DNA of 64,000 nucleotides from Catajapyx aquilonaris (taxonomy: Eukaryota), in assembly GCA_000934665.2 (NCBI GenBank), contig KZ538259.1, forward strand, positions 1 through 64,000, read 5' to 3'. The notes below the pieces were generated by a model. That model worked only from the letters and a program-made list of their open reading frames with translations, was not told the origin of the DNA and did not search any database. The translations under genes were made by a program, and so were the position numbers. Below are positions 12,301 through 24,655 of the stretch, piece after piece (the stretch's first letter is position 1; every line of letters begins with the position of its first letter).

Positions 12301-14786
12301 AAGTTGTCTGGCTTTTTATGCTTCCTTTTTTACCCTTTGGAGTAATTTGGATTGAGGCCGTTCTGAAGATTCCTTTTCATACAACTTAAGTGATAAAATG
12401 TACAACACCAGAGTACTATCGCTAAAAGTAAAAATAAAAGTTACAGTCTCGTGATCCCCAGTGAGCCTTACGGAAACCATTTAAAAAATAAAGAAAAGAA
12501 AGTGGCTCGTAAGTGTTACTGTGTTAATAAGCAGTCTCATTTTATTGTGGCAAGTTATGGTTTTGGATAAGCGGTATGAGGATTAGATGAAAGTCTGTTA
12601 CAATTTCCTATGGATTTTACATTCCATCATTGCAGTACCTATATACAGTACACTATTTCATTTCGCAAAGTGTGTAACAGTGAGAGCATCTAAGGCATGT
12701 CTGTGCAGTTGAGACTTATTAATTACAATATTAATGGATGCATGTATGGATTATGCAGACCTTCAGAGGAGTCAGTTTCACGTAGACAATCAACATACTA
12801 ATATACTTTAATATATCATATCTGTAATATTCATAGAGCCATTGCAGTTGATGAAACTCGTAAAAGTGCAGAATGCAAAAAAGCTGGACAATTTTACCAT
12901 TGAAATGACTTTCACGCATTATTTACCGCTGAAAAGTTGACCAGGTCAAGCTGAATTAGTTCATACAGAATTTTATGAATAATATTAACCTTTTGCCAGG
13001 TGCCCATTTTCCCATCAATCATGCCAACTGACAATATTAGAACCGATAAATAAATAAATAAATACGATCACAACTTTATCTGTTGGAACTCGTGCACAAA
13101 ATCAGAAAAAAATGAGAGAAGTTCTAATCAGTGGGAGCTGTCTCCTTCACTATAAGGTATGCCAGCAAATCGATTTCCCTTGGAAAGTCTACCGGTTTCG
13201 TTTCACTCTGCGTGTGAGCCACACCAACCCGTAAAAAGCTCATTGGGGACTTAAAAACAGGTCACAAACAAGTAAATAAGTAAACAAAGAGCGATCGTAC
13301 ACGTAGACTGAAGCTACACTGATCGTGTCAACTGGAGATATACCGTCCATCTCAAGTTCAGTGAAATACACGCTAGAGTCGCCTGTCGTCGTCTGTTTTG
13401 AGCAATCACGGTGGCCACTGTCAACATTTCTTCTCCAAATATTTTTCCTTTTGCTCAAAAATTTTCGCCTGGTTGCCAAAGCAGAATTGGCTGAGAGGGG
13501 GCAAAAAAAAAAGAAGAAGTCTCACAAGTCAACATGGAGGAAAGTGGGGGATGGCGTCAGGGGGAGCATGGAGTATGGGGGAAAGGGGAAAGTGGGGGGG
13601 GGGGGCTTCAGGCAGCTCTGACTCGGAGAATCACTTTCATTCACAAAAATGAGCTGCAGCTGCTGCGCGCTAATGAAACCCTGTGATTATCACTTCGATG
13701 TGGACATCGGAATCTTGGGAAATGGCGACTTCGAGTCTCTCATACTCACAATATGCATTCACATCCATTCTGAACACTGGTTGGTTGTGCAGTAGCTGGG
13801 CAATCCACGGAATGACTAAACAAGGGGGTTACTCTTGCTGTTATAAATTGTCGAGGTGGTTGACATACATGTGTAATTATATAAGAGCTCTAGTAGGGCG
13901 TAAGGAAAACTTGCCTAGAAACGGAAGTTGAGAGAATTAGGAAGGAACGCCCCACTGTGACAAGACGAACAGGAACCTTCTTGTTGGCTCTTGGTGTTGT
14001 GCTTAGTATTTTAGGTCATAAAGTGCTCAGCAGGTACTCATCAACATCAAAGAAAGCATGGACTGCGAACGCCACATACACAAAAATACTTGAGAAAATT
14101 TCAGCATGCAACATGTCTGGCCCCAACTAAAATAAGAAGCAATGTTGAACTACTCGTATATTAACATTGCAATATTATATTTTGCAATTTTGTTTCGAAT
14201 TTTTCATTCTTACTGTTTTCATAGTTGTACAGTACTGGGCGCTGAGTTAATTCAATCTAATCATTATGACCGACAAAGTTAAAGATTTTTCGTCTGATAC
14301 GATGTAACAACTTTTCACCTTTGGCAGTATGCTTTGCCTATATTTCCTTTGCTCCGCCTGGTACAAAGCGACGGCAAGATTTAATTAAATATCTTATTAT
14401 GCTCATGCCGGCCTCTTTCATTACGGCTCTGATAATTTGATCATGATGTAAACAAAAACCAGCCCATTTTTTTCGCCTTAAATGTACTCGATCTAGTGGT
14501 AATGCGAGGCTAACAAATTGGTTTCTCTCATTCATTTATGTATGGGAGACTTATTTTGAGAATTTTGTGTGTAATGCATAATAACCGGTTATGCAATGGG
14601 CTCCAAAATAATGATGCATGCTGGTAACTGCAAGAAGCAACACTATTCTTCATAATCTGCATAATAAATTTGAAATTTTAAAAGTGAATTAGATCTGTAA
14701 CGCAATTAAGATAGCCATGTGAGGTAATATTTTTGTGGCGTTATCAGTTATTTTTAAGTACTTACCAAGAGGTGACAGTTGTAACA

Positions 14787-14920
14787 CAGTGAAACCTATC
14801 TATAACGAGCCACAATTTCCTGCACGGAACAAGTTCCGTTATATTCGACAAACGTACTTTTTAGTTCCAGTAGGCGAGTGGCAGCTTATTCAGGGACCGT
14901 TATGGGCAGGTCTCACTTTA
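14787..14920. mobile_element. pogo/Tigger-like MITE in the probable receptor 3' UTR
   Basis: Imperfect TIR cagtgaaacct...aggtctcactt, about 340 nt past the receptor stop codon. Confidence 0.5.
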
Positions 14921-15256
14921 GCATCGCCAAATAAAGCCGCATTATTAACCGCAGCTGCATTCACTTCACTGGATTATAGGCTATTGCAGATTCAACGAGA
15001 TTCTAGTCAGTCGTCATTTCAAATTATGGCCTAATCCTCGCGATATAATTATTTAGAGCATGTATTACTAGACTCTACGCACTTTAGTGACCCCAAAATA
15101 TGAACACAAATGAGCAATAGTATATAGTTTGGATTGATCTCCCTACTCTACATGCACATGTACCATTCACCCAACCATGCGTTCTTTCTTTCTCTCGTTT
15201 GTTCTTATGTGCGCTGTGTCATTCACCCACATTCGCTCGTCCGTTCGCACGTTCGT

Positions 15257-17951
15257 TCATGTCATGTGCAAGTCGCCTTTGAGAATTCGCGTGAAAGTCT
15301 TCTTGAACTGCTGATTGGCCATAGCGTAGCAAAAGGGATTCACGGGACTATTGGCATAGCACAGAAAGTAGGAGAACATGTAGAGGTGACCGTTCACACA
15401 ACTTAAAGGTTCGGAGCAAAAGCCTTGCACTAGGGCAAGGATGTGGTAGGGAGTCCAACAAGCCACGAAAGCCCCCAGGATGAATGATATGGTCCGCAGG
15501 GCTTTACGAGCCCGATTTTCTGATTTGGACTTTTGCCTACCATCCTTGTCCTTTCGGCGCCCCTTGCCTTGTATCCGGCGACCGATGTTCCGCACGATGC
15601 TGCCACGCCATTTGCGCCGCTTCTCTTCTGATGCCCTGCTGGCGCCTGTGCTGCTACCACCCCCTCGAGGCTCTATCTCGGCCCTCTCGATGGTGCTGGA
15701 GGAGCGAGTCAGGCTGGTGCATGGCTTGCTGTCCGACATGACCACCGTTGTGCTGACAGGGCGAGGCACGTTGTTACTCTGTACGCCGGAGGTAGAACGC
15801 ACACTGTTTCGGCGCCCAGCTTCGGTTGGTTGCTGCGGCTGCGGCTGCGACTGCTGCTCCGGCATGGCACCAGCTTCCGGAGCCCACGTGGACGACGGTG
15901 GGCTTTCTACAACGGGAGATGGCACAACGACTGAGCTCTCGTCCATATAACGAATGTCTGCACTGTCTAAGCCAACCATAACGTCAAAAGAAATTGGGAA
16001 CTCGCCGGCCTTACTTTCGACCACGAGACTGCGCGGGGGCTCTGGTCTGTGACTACTAGTGGGTGGTGGTGGTAGTGGTGGTGGTGTTGGCTGCTGTACC
16101 GTGTTGTGTGTGGTTCTCGTGTCATGGAACGTCGTGTTGGCTGCAACCGGGGAAGAAGCAGCCGCGGCGGCAGCGGCGGCGGCGGCGGCTTCAGTCAAGG
16201 GATCGTTTTGGAACTGGGATGGTGGAGGAAGAAAAAGTGAAGAAGGAACGGGAGTACTACCAGGAGAAAGGGGAGTAGGAATAGGATCCGATGAATGTCG
16301 ATGGGAATGGTTGGCTGCTTGGCCTGAGCCAGAAGTGTCGGTGGTGGTGCTACTCTCTGGATTGTCTGTGTCGAGGAGGCTTTGTTCTGGAATTTGTGGC
16401 AGAGCCTCCGTCTTGGGAGTCTCTTTGCGGTAGATGATACCTGCGCTGGGGGGAGGTTCCAGTTTGGGAATTGACGCTGTATTGTTGGTGTTGGTGGCCG
16501 AGGCAGTGCTGCCTCCACCTCCTCCTCCCCCTCCTCCGCATCGCTTCCGCGACGTTGTTGTGCTGTCTTCGTCCGACTCAAAAGCCGGGCTACTTGAGCG
16601 TTCTGAACGTTCCACCTCCCCCTTGCGATCAGAGAAGCTGGTGGTTTCGGTCGTACCTTTGGAAGAGGTCTTCTGGCTGGATGTCGAGTCTCCCCCTCCG
16701 CCGCCACCGACACCTCCTCCACCTGCTCCTCCTCCCCCTCCTCCTGCCCCTCCACCTACGACGGCTGCTCCTCCAGCTCCCAGGCCTCCAGCTATTCCGC
16801 TGATCAACCCCATACCCCCAGCCGAACCAACTCCTACTGCTCCCCCTGATTTTGGCTTGTCCTGGCTCAACAACGTACTTTGAGTTTTGGACATTCCGAT
16901 TCCTGCTGTACGACCCGCCATCCCAGCCACTCCCCCTGCACTCATAGCAACCATCGACTGCATTTTCTTCTGCTTGGCCTCCGACTTTTTTTGCATTTCG
17001 TAAGCTGTCTTATAAATTCCCCCGTACAAAACAAACAAAACGACTAAGGTGGTCCAGTAGTACCCAATAATGAGAGCTGTGTTAAACACGGGGTCTTTTA
17101 GGAACTGTACGGCACATTCGCCAGGGAGAAGGTCTCGGTATCCAATGAAATGCTCCCAGCCAAATATGCTGATAAAGAAGAGCAGGGCGGGAATAATCCA
17201 GGTGATTGCCACCATCCAGATCACCTTGTTCTTAGTCCGCCAATTACGGTACTTGGCCGCAATTTTGACCGAACAAAACCGGTCGATTGTGATGAGAAGC
17301 ACCGTGTACTGGGAAACTAAGCAAACGGTGTAGTCCACCGACAGCCACAGGTCACACAAGATGGAACCCAGGTCCCAGTAACCCATCAGGACGTACACAG
17401 TGTAGAAGGGCATCGACACTGTGCCGATGAGGAGGTCCGTGGCGGCCAGTGAGGCGATAAAGTAATTGCTGGGCTGCCGGATGCCCCTGTCGACGATAAA
17501 TGCTAGCAGGACCAATATATTACCGCCCACTGTCAGCATGATGCAGATGGCCAGGCAGATGGCGATCAGGACAGTCTGCCATAGTTCGAAAGGGGGCAAG
17601 ACCCCGAGCTGGATGGGGGGAGAGGAGGTGGAGTTGGCCAGGATGCAGACGGAGCTGTTGACGGTGGCGTCAGAGGGTAAGACACCGCACACCAACGCCG
17701 TGGTGTTGACGGTTCCCGCTCCCCCAGGGCCCACGTCGGCTCGACTTTCGTTGAACAAACTATATGGGGGGACGCCGTATTCTCCCCAGTGGGGGAACCA
17801 TGAGTCCCAGAAGACGCCTCCGGAGGAATCGAGAGCTTCTGGGGAGGACGTATTTCCAGAGTGGCGGTGCCCTGCGTGTTTGCGGCACAGCGGGGAGAAT
17901 AGGCGGCGGTATGGCTCGCTGCATTGCTTCTCACGTTGCCGCCTCAGCTTC
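15257..17951 (-). CDS. mAChR-B: Muscarinic acetylcholine receptor, arthropod B-type (class A GPCR); large terminal coding exon, start codon not in this exon
   Basis: The ORF has seven hydrophobic segments with class A motifs: GGNILV (TM1), LAATDLLIG (TM2), [17 protein letters not shown] (TM3 Asp, DRF), [39 protein letters not shown] (TM6), [26 protein letters not shown] (TM7/H8), and C-terminus ILKGDLHMT with TGA at 15257-15259. The very long Gly/Pro/Ala-rich ICL3, DRF and WTPYH fit the B-type. The ORF track starts at a TTG; a polypyrimidine tract plus TTTCAG acceptor puts the exon start at 17951. Confidence 0.95.
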
Positions 17952-17983
17952 CTGAAATGGACAAGAAGAAGAAGCACGGACAA
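17952..17983 (-). other. Splice acceptor (phase 2) of the receptor's main exon
   Basis: Minus strand reads TTGTCCGTGCTTCTTCTTCTTGTCCATTTCAG|G. There is an in-frame TAG shortly upstream and no in-frame ATG before TM1. Confidence 0.75.
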
Positions 17984-20179
17984 GGTGGCACAAGTTCCAA
18001 CACTAAGTCTCGGTTGCTGTATACCCTAAGGGTCATGCAATTTTCGGATGACTCTCGACAGTCAAAATCCTACAGCACATTCTAGGTCAGGTAAAAAGGT
18101 ATTTCGTAGCACTGTTGATTAAACCCTCACAAATGACAGTTTGTGTAAGCTGCACAGGCATTACAAAGAATGTGTAGACATAAAGTGACGAGCGACTAGG
18201 AGCTGGAATCGGCAACAAGTGGGTGTGCACCATAAGGCAATGATCACCTGTCAACCAGGTTTGTTAAGGGACGTTGAATGCTCTCATTGCCTTCATCTCT
18301 TACTGCGCATGCACGATGACGCCTAGTCACAACTGATGTAACGGAAACGGGAAACTGATTTACGTAGAACAATGAGGCCCGTTTACAGGAGGCCGCTGCC
18401 AGCAAAAAATAAACGATGCACTCAGGGAGCGGCAAGCGAAGAACCTATATGTCCAAGCTGATTAGCGGGCAACTCTTATGTCTGTTAACAGCGGCCTCAT
18501 GTAAACGGGACTATATAAGATTCCTAAGTTTGTCGCAGCTAGTTTCCTTCCGTGTGAACGCTCCTATCCATTAGCATCGCCATAAACCGATTTCAAGTCC
18601 CCCCGGCACAATAACAGTTACCACTCTTACCAGTCTCGGCAATTGCTCTGAACATCGATTGAGAGCAATGCTATAATATAATGGATACGGCAACTAATAT
18701 GAATCATTGACAACTGATAACAAAAATCGAAAAAAACGCTCTAACTTATGTAAAATATAACTCATAACTCCCAATGACATAATTGTGCATTTCTGTCAAT
18801 TCAAAAAATACGGTAAAGGAGATAAATTAATTGTTGTACCTGACAGTATATATTTCCTAATCAAAAAGTGACCACCCGACTCTATGCACATTGCTAAACC
18901 ACTGAAAGTTATTACCTACATCCAATGATCATGTCTAAATTACCCAATAGGATTATTACTCAATGCAATACATTCACTTTCAAACCCCACTCAAACTGGC
19001 ATTATTGGTTTTCAGTCCCTCTTCCAATAAATGAATTTGGGTTTTCACTGTACGCATTGTTCAGAATGTGGGCTAGCATAATAAAATGTATTAATGGACA
19101 GAACATGCAAAATCTGGCATAAAGCTTTTGTTTCTATTCATTCCAACCTGTACTCGCCCCATATACTGTGTGTCCCTGTTATAGTGGCCATGTCAGTTAA
19201 CAAATTTTTTTTTGGAACTAAGCTGCTTATTGTAGTTCTTTTTGAACTATTACTTGTATGGGGGCTATAAAAATATCAGCCGTTAATGTCAGGTTGAATA
19301 GAAATAAGCCTCATGCCCTGAATTGCAATTAATTTGCAAATGAAGAGATTAGGAAAATGAAGCAATTTTATTGGAATATTATATTGGCATCCAAGGTCAA
19401 GGGTTGCTCCCATTTTTTGTCACTTCCCCCTCCACATTCCCACGTCCCATTATTGATCAACAAAGTATCCATTAGAAAGTTTGCGCTTAATAATAAGCAG
19501 CTTATAGTGCCAAAAAGGCAAAAACTCCTTAAGCGAGACAATAACTTTTTCTGGAACACACTGTAATTTGATTTAAACAATAATATTATTATTCTGTTTG
19601 TGTCCGAAAAGGCATGAATAGGCCCAAGGCACAGATCTCAGTTGCGAATAAGTCCGTTATTACAACGAGTTTTCATATTCGTTATTGCCACAATGAAAGG
19701 AAGGAAAAATGAAGTTTAGAGACAGGCTGTACCAAAAAATAAACACGTTTTTTAAAATTATACAGATCGCTTCAATTGACATGCCTATGTTGGTAGCAAT
19801 TTTGGCAGTATGCCGCTTATTTTCAAGCAGCTTCTTTTGCATCGTTACTTTTACTGGGTATCCAGAGAATTAGCTGATAATATTAGGCTCAATTGGATCA
19901 TCTGTCCGATCTATGGATTGCAATGAATATCCTATTATGATTGTCCCGTTGACCAATTGGAATCGAACGTTAATGATATAACCCCTTTTTGGCAGACCAG
20001 ATCCCCTTTGCAGACTTTAAAAAAGGATGGATCCATGCAACCAAATATTGGCTGCTAATACTTTTAATGACCATTAAGAGTAACTACTCAAAAATAAGCA
20101 GCTTAAACTGAGTCAGAAATAGCTAACTACTAAGGACATTTCAATTGGAATTTCACCTATAAAAAGATCCGGCACATAA

Positions 20180-20899
20180 TACAGGGTCATCGAAAATAAT
20201 GTGCCAATTTGAAAACCCTATAACTCGGAAACTTGTAGACATATCTGAATGATTTAAGTTTTGAAATGCTAAGAAAGGTCTAATGTTTTGGTCTCACCTT
20301 AGTTTGTTTCGATATGAACTTCATGTGTCGCTCGTGAGATAAATGCAGTAATCGGTGTTCTGCAAAACCCTACCAATCACATCTGAAGTTACTGTTGCAA
20401 TCCTATCCCGTAGGTGCTGGATATCTAGGGTCTTTACACCACACACATTGTTCTTAATAATTCACATAAAAAGTCGCCTCATCCATGAAACAAACCTGCC
20501 TTAGGAAAGTTTCATTTGTTCAGCCTCCCAGTGTGTGACGTCTTTAATGAGAAGTTTCGCCATGCCTGGCTCCTCTAGAAGCCCAGATCTTACCCAGATT
20601 GTCTTGTTTTTATGGAGACACATGCATGGTGAAAAGATCCGGCATCACCAGCCCCTACGGGATAAGATTGCAACGGTAACGCCAAGCATGCAGGAGAGGG
20701 TTTGACACGACACCGAATCACCGATTAACGTATTAAAATTTTTTGAGCGTCAAATGGAGTTCATATCGAAACAAATTATGGTAAGGCCAAAACTTTAGAC
20801 ACTACTGAGCATTTCAAAACTTAACTCATTAAGATATGTCTACCAGTTTTCGAGTTTTCGAGTTTTCAAATTGGGACATTCTTTTTCGATGACCTTGCA
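20180..20899. mobile_element. Foldback derivative of a Tc1/mariner DD41D (rosa-like) transposon
   Basis: TA-CAGGGT ends and ~240-bp inverted arms. Transposase remnants: RSPDLTQIVLFLWRH (+, 20577-20621), FLRQVCFMDEATFYVN (-, ~20460-20510), and C-terminal LRD(R/K)IATVT...HIET in both arms. Confidence 0.8.
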
Positions 20900-23800
20900 C
20901 TATAAAACGAGGTCCTAATGACTGGAATAATAACTGAACTGAACCCGATTACAGTTGGCAATAACTGACCAATTACAGCTCAATACTCTAACCAAATGGT
21001 GTCTATTCTAAATTGTAAGATGCAAAATCGTTGCGCTCAAAAACCTAATAACCAGAAATAAATCACGAGGAAAAAATGGCCTACTCATCAAAGAGAACTG
21101 CCATTCTCACCACTATCTGGAAGAGAAGTTTTGATGCGTCTCTGAAATGAAGAAATTGACAAACGGTTGCATAAATGTCGCCATTTTTGTCTTGATCTGA
21201 AGATTTGAAGCCGCAGCTCAATTCAATGAAGTGTGGTGCCATTAGGAGCGCACAGCGGGAGAGGATTGGTTTTGAAAGTCAAAGGGATTCCAATTTGTTC
21301 TACAAATCTATCCAGTTTGCCGGGCCAAAGATTCTCATCTGGGAGGCGAATCACTCTTTTTCCTCCCTACTTCTTTTTCCCAGATGGCCACAGCAAACTT
21401 CATTTTGTAGAGAAGGCGAAAGAACTGCCCTTCAAAGCCAGTTCACGTGTGATTCTTGAAAGCAATTCCTCTGTCCCTTTAAAGTTGCCTCATGCCTGCC
21501 TTGACTGTTACGAGGGTATGCACGTGCCCTGGAAGACTTTTGTCACATATTTGGAGGTGCAACGTACAATCGATAAAACAGGTTCTGGCACGCCTCACTG
21601 GTACATCTATGAACGTTTTATAAATACGAAGAAAAAAATTTATATATGAAGGGTGCCTACCTGAACATAGTGAAACTCATTTAATAACGAGCTTTAATTT
21701 TATTGTTTCTGCAATGTGTTAAACATGAGGGACAAATAATATTGTTTTGCTCCAGCCGAGTAGAAAAATGTTCGGCAAACACATCACGACTCGCACGAAA
21801 ATAGGTTTCTCGTACAATCGATCCTTTGTTCACAACTATTGGTTTCTGATTAGGACACACCAACTATCCCCTCAACTTCTCGCCGAATTCCCCCCCTTTT
21901 TATTGTTGCTTCTCTCTAAGCATCATGTGTCAGGCAAAGGTGATGTCAGCTAACACTGCAGTTAGGTGCTCTAACTTTTCAGAGAAAAAGTTCGTGCACA
22001 GGTACACTCTGTAATTCTAAAATCACAATGACTTTTATCCATATGTCAAAACATGCTTTCACTAAAATGTTGCTGTTGTGAAAAGATGGTGCTGTTACAA
22101 ATAGCCTACGTGATGTTGAGCATTTCTTACACGGCATTTTATAGGCGTAGTATGAGCCTAAAAAGTAATAGTTAGAAGAGTTTGGAAGAAATAGTAGTAC
22201 AAGTAGTTGTGAACCTGTAGCTACTGTAGTGTATGGAAGACAAACTTGCACTAGTTTCAGGACCCTACGAGTCACGAAAGCTGATAAATAAATGATTAGT
22301 TGTCTTGAGTCCTACACCAGTATAATTACTCGCAACTAGTAATTACGTCAAACAAAAAAGCCTCGTAGAGGAAAAACTCGAACTAAAAATTGTCCGCGTG
22401 AAACGGAGAGTAACGAAATGCAAAAGAAAGGCAAATAATGAATTTAATAACTTCTACACTGTACAAGGAAATTAGCTCCTAGAATTCTATTTTTATCTCT
22501 CAATGTTGACACCTTGTGAGGATGACTGTGGAATAAATAAATTTTTCACGTGCCAGGTAGATAATAACAGCAATGCCCAGCATTTTAAATATTACTGTAT
22601 TATTTTATGGAGGTTCAGATACCACCGAGCACCGGCCATAAAGTAGCATATCGGTATAAGTTAAAACTTAAAAGAATGAAGATTATGTTGTTACAGAACA
22701 ACGTGAATCAATTAAATGCCCAAAACCTTTAACTCCGGAAGAAACGTGTCGACAAATCCATACTCTGGCAAATTCTGCTTTGGTCATTTTGTGGCCTGCA
22801 TGGTCCGAAAATCCCCTGCCAACCGATTTTATTTGCCAGCGTCAGGGGATCAAAAAACCCGAGAACGCGCATAATTTGACCGCAGATAACAAGGCGCGGT
22901 CGCCACACCCCGTAATACCAGTCGTTATACATTCATATCCGAACAGGACACCCGAAAACTCAAGGTCCCTCATGCCAAATAGGGTCAGTTTGGAGATGTC
23001 AACGTGACGCGGTTCTTCCCCGCAACAGTCCGGATCAGCCTCACTTGGTGGCGGACACAGGAAACTCAAATGAAGTGCAACAAAAAGCGAGTCGTTCCGA
23101 CGCATATCGACAGAGGCCAGAGGCATTGATCCAATCCATTTGAAATGCCAACTTGATTGACGCTTGCTAGGTCTGAGTCGTAGCGATCCAAGCATTTGTC
23201 ATTTAGCGATGGAACATTGGTCTACTTTCTCAAATCTGGAGTTAATTGTTTTTACGTAACTGTCATCCGATCCCTCCCGTTTTGCTGGAACAAATTCGGT
23301 TTGGCATTCGGTCGCGAGGAAACCATCTGCTCTCCTGTAAAAGTTGCCAAGCAAAGTCATTAATTAGCTACTCATTCCAAAAACGCCTCGGCTCCAAATT
23401 ATACTTCACATCTGATCAGATCAGGTCAGATCAGGACTGTGAGGTCCATTAGGCCACATTAGGGCGCATAATGTCACGGACAAGCTCATTCGACACCTTT
23501 CAGGTTACATAATAGTGTGGCACCCTAGATGACTAACTACTTAAAGCTTGTCCGTAACATTTTGGGCAATGTGATACATACATTCGGGCAAACTTGTATC
23601 AAGTCAATATTGACATACTAGGAAAAAGAAGACGGTCCTTTGAAGTCGATTGGCCCAACGAAATGAAACTCATAACTAGTATGAAAGGTTTCGAGATAAC
23701 AAAGACGACCGTACGTGTTACTTGCGCAGTACAGCTGATGATACTAGTGAACACACCCAATAGACTCTATCTGGAAAGAATGGGAAAGGGGCTGGGGGGG

Positions 23801-24326
23801 TAGGTGTAATGAACAAAAGCAGGCTGCCTGTGTTGAGGCATGTGTCGGTGGGACGGGCATCGACCGTCTACTCTGCTTTGCCATTAGGGGACGGCCCTTG
23901 GGCCGTGCGAGATAGAAGGGCCGGCGGCCAGCATCAGCTTTTTAAATTACCGGCAGCAGCCAGAATAAGTGGGTTGATCCAACCCTGCAGAAAACCGGAG
24001 CACCACTCAACAATTCACATATCATTATCGGATAACATGTATACTGATAGTGTGTTCTTACAACAGTAGTGATGTAACTTCAACATCCCCTACAGTGCAA
24101 TATACGCATATGATTCGGAAAATGTATAGGATGGAAGTACCTACAATGTACAGAACGATTAGAGTCATATTTTGGTCCCAATTTAGTCAGGCTGTTCTGG
24201 GCCGTACTTTAATATGCCCAAGTAGATTTTGTGCCATAGGCATTACAGTCCCGCGTTTGCAGAAAATATTTTCATGTGGGATGAGCTTTGATTGAGAAAT
24301 GTATTTCCCATAATAATGGATACCCC

Positions 24327-24655
24327 GGAGTTGTTTCCGTAATAACAGGCCACAGCCGCTTCCTTCCCTTCCTATCCTTGTCCCATACCTGAGGAGGTGC
24401 GGGGTCTGTGGGGGGTTTCAGATCCCGCACCTAGGGGGTCATCTATGGCGAACGGGCCCCCTGAGGGACTGCACACGACCCCCAACATATAGACAAGGCA
24501 CTAGCACCAGTGTCCCTCCCTCATATCCCTATCCTTCCCTTGCACCGGAGAGAAAAAGAAAAAGAAATTCAGAAAACTCATGGTGGTGTGCCACCCCCCA
24601 AAGAGGCCCTTGATGCCTAGCACGGGGTAAAAAAAATAAAAAATAAAAAAATAAA
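24327..24655 (+). mobile_element. SINE family A long form, 5'-truncated
   Basis: Lacks the tRNA head but keeps the body end, structured module, 3' hairpin and A-rich tail. 15-bp TSD aataatggatacccc at 24312 and 24656. Confidence 0.9.

Noticed and set aside
15150..15259. Stop-codon readthrough of the receptor
   Set aside because: The context is TGA-A rather than the leaky TGA-C, and the downstream frame has no distinctive features.
15430..18029. Many plus-strand and alternative-frame ORFs overlapping the receptor
   Set aside because: They are shadows of GC-rich, repetitive receptor codons and show no recognisable protein features.
22729..23245. Possible TTAA-flanked element (ttaactccgga ... 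tctggagttaa)
   Set aside because: The inverted match is short and degenerate and there is no second copy in the window.
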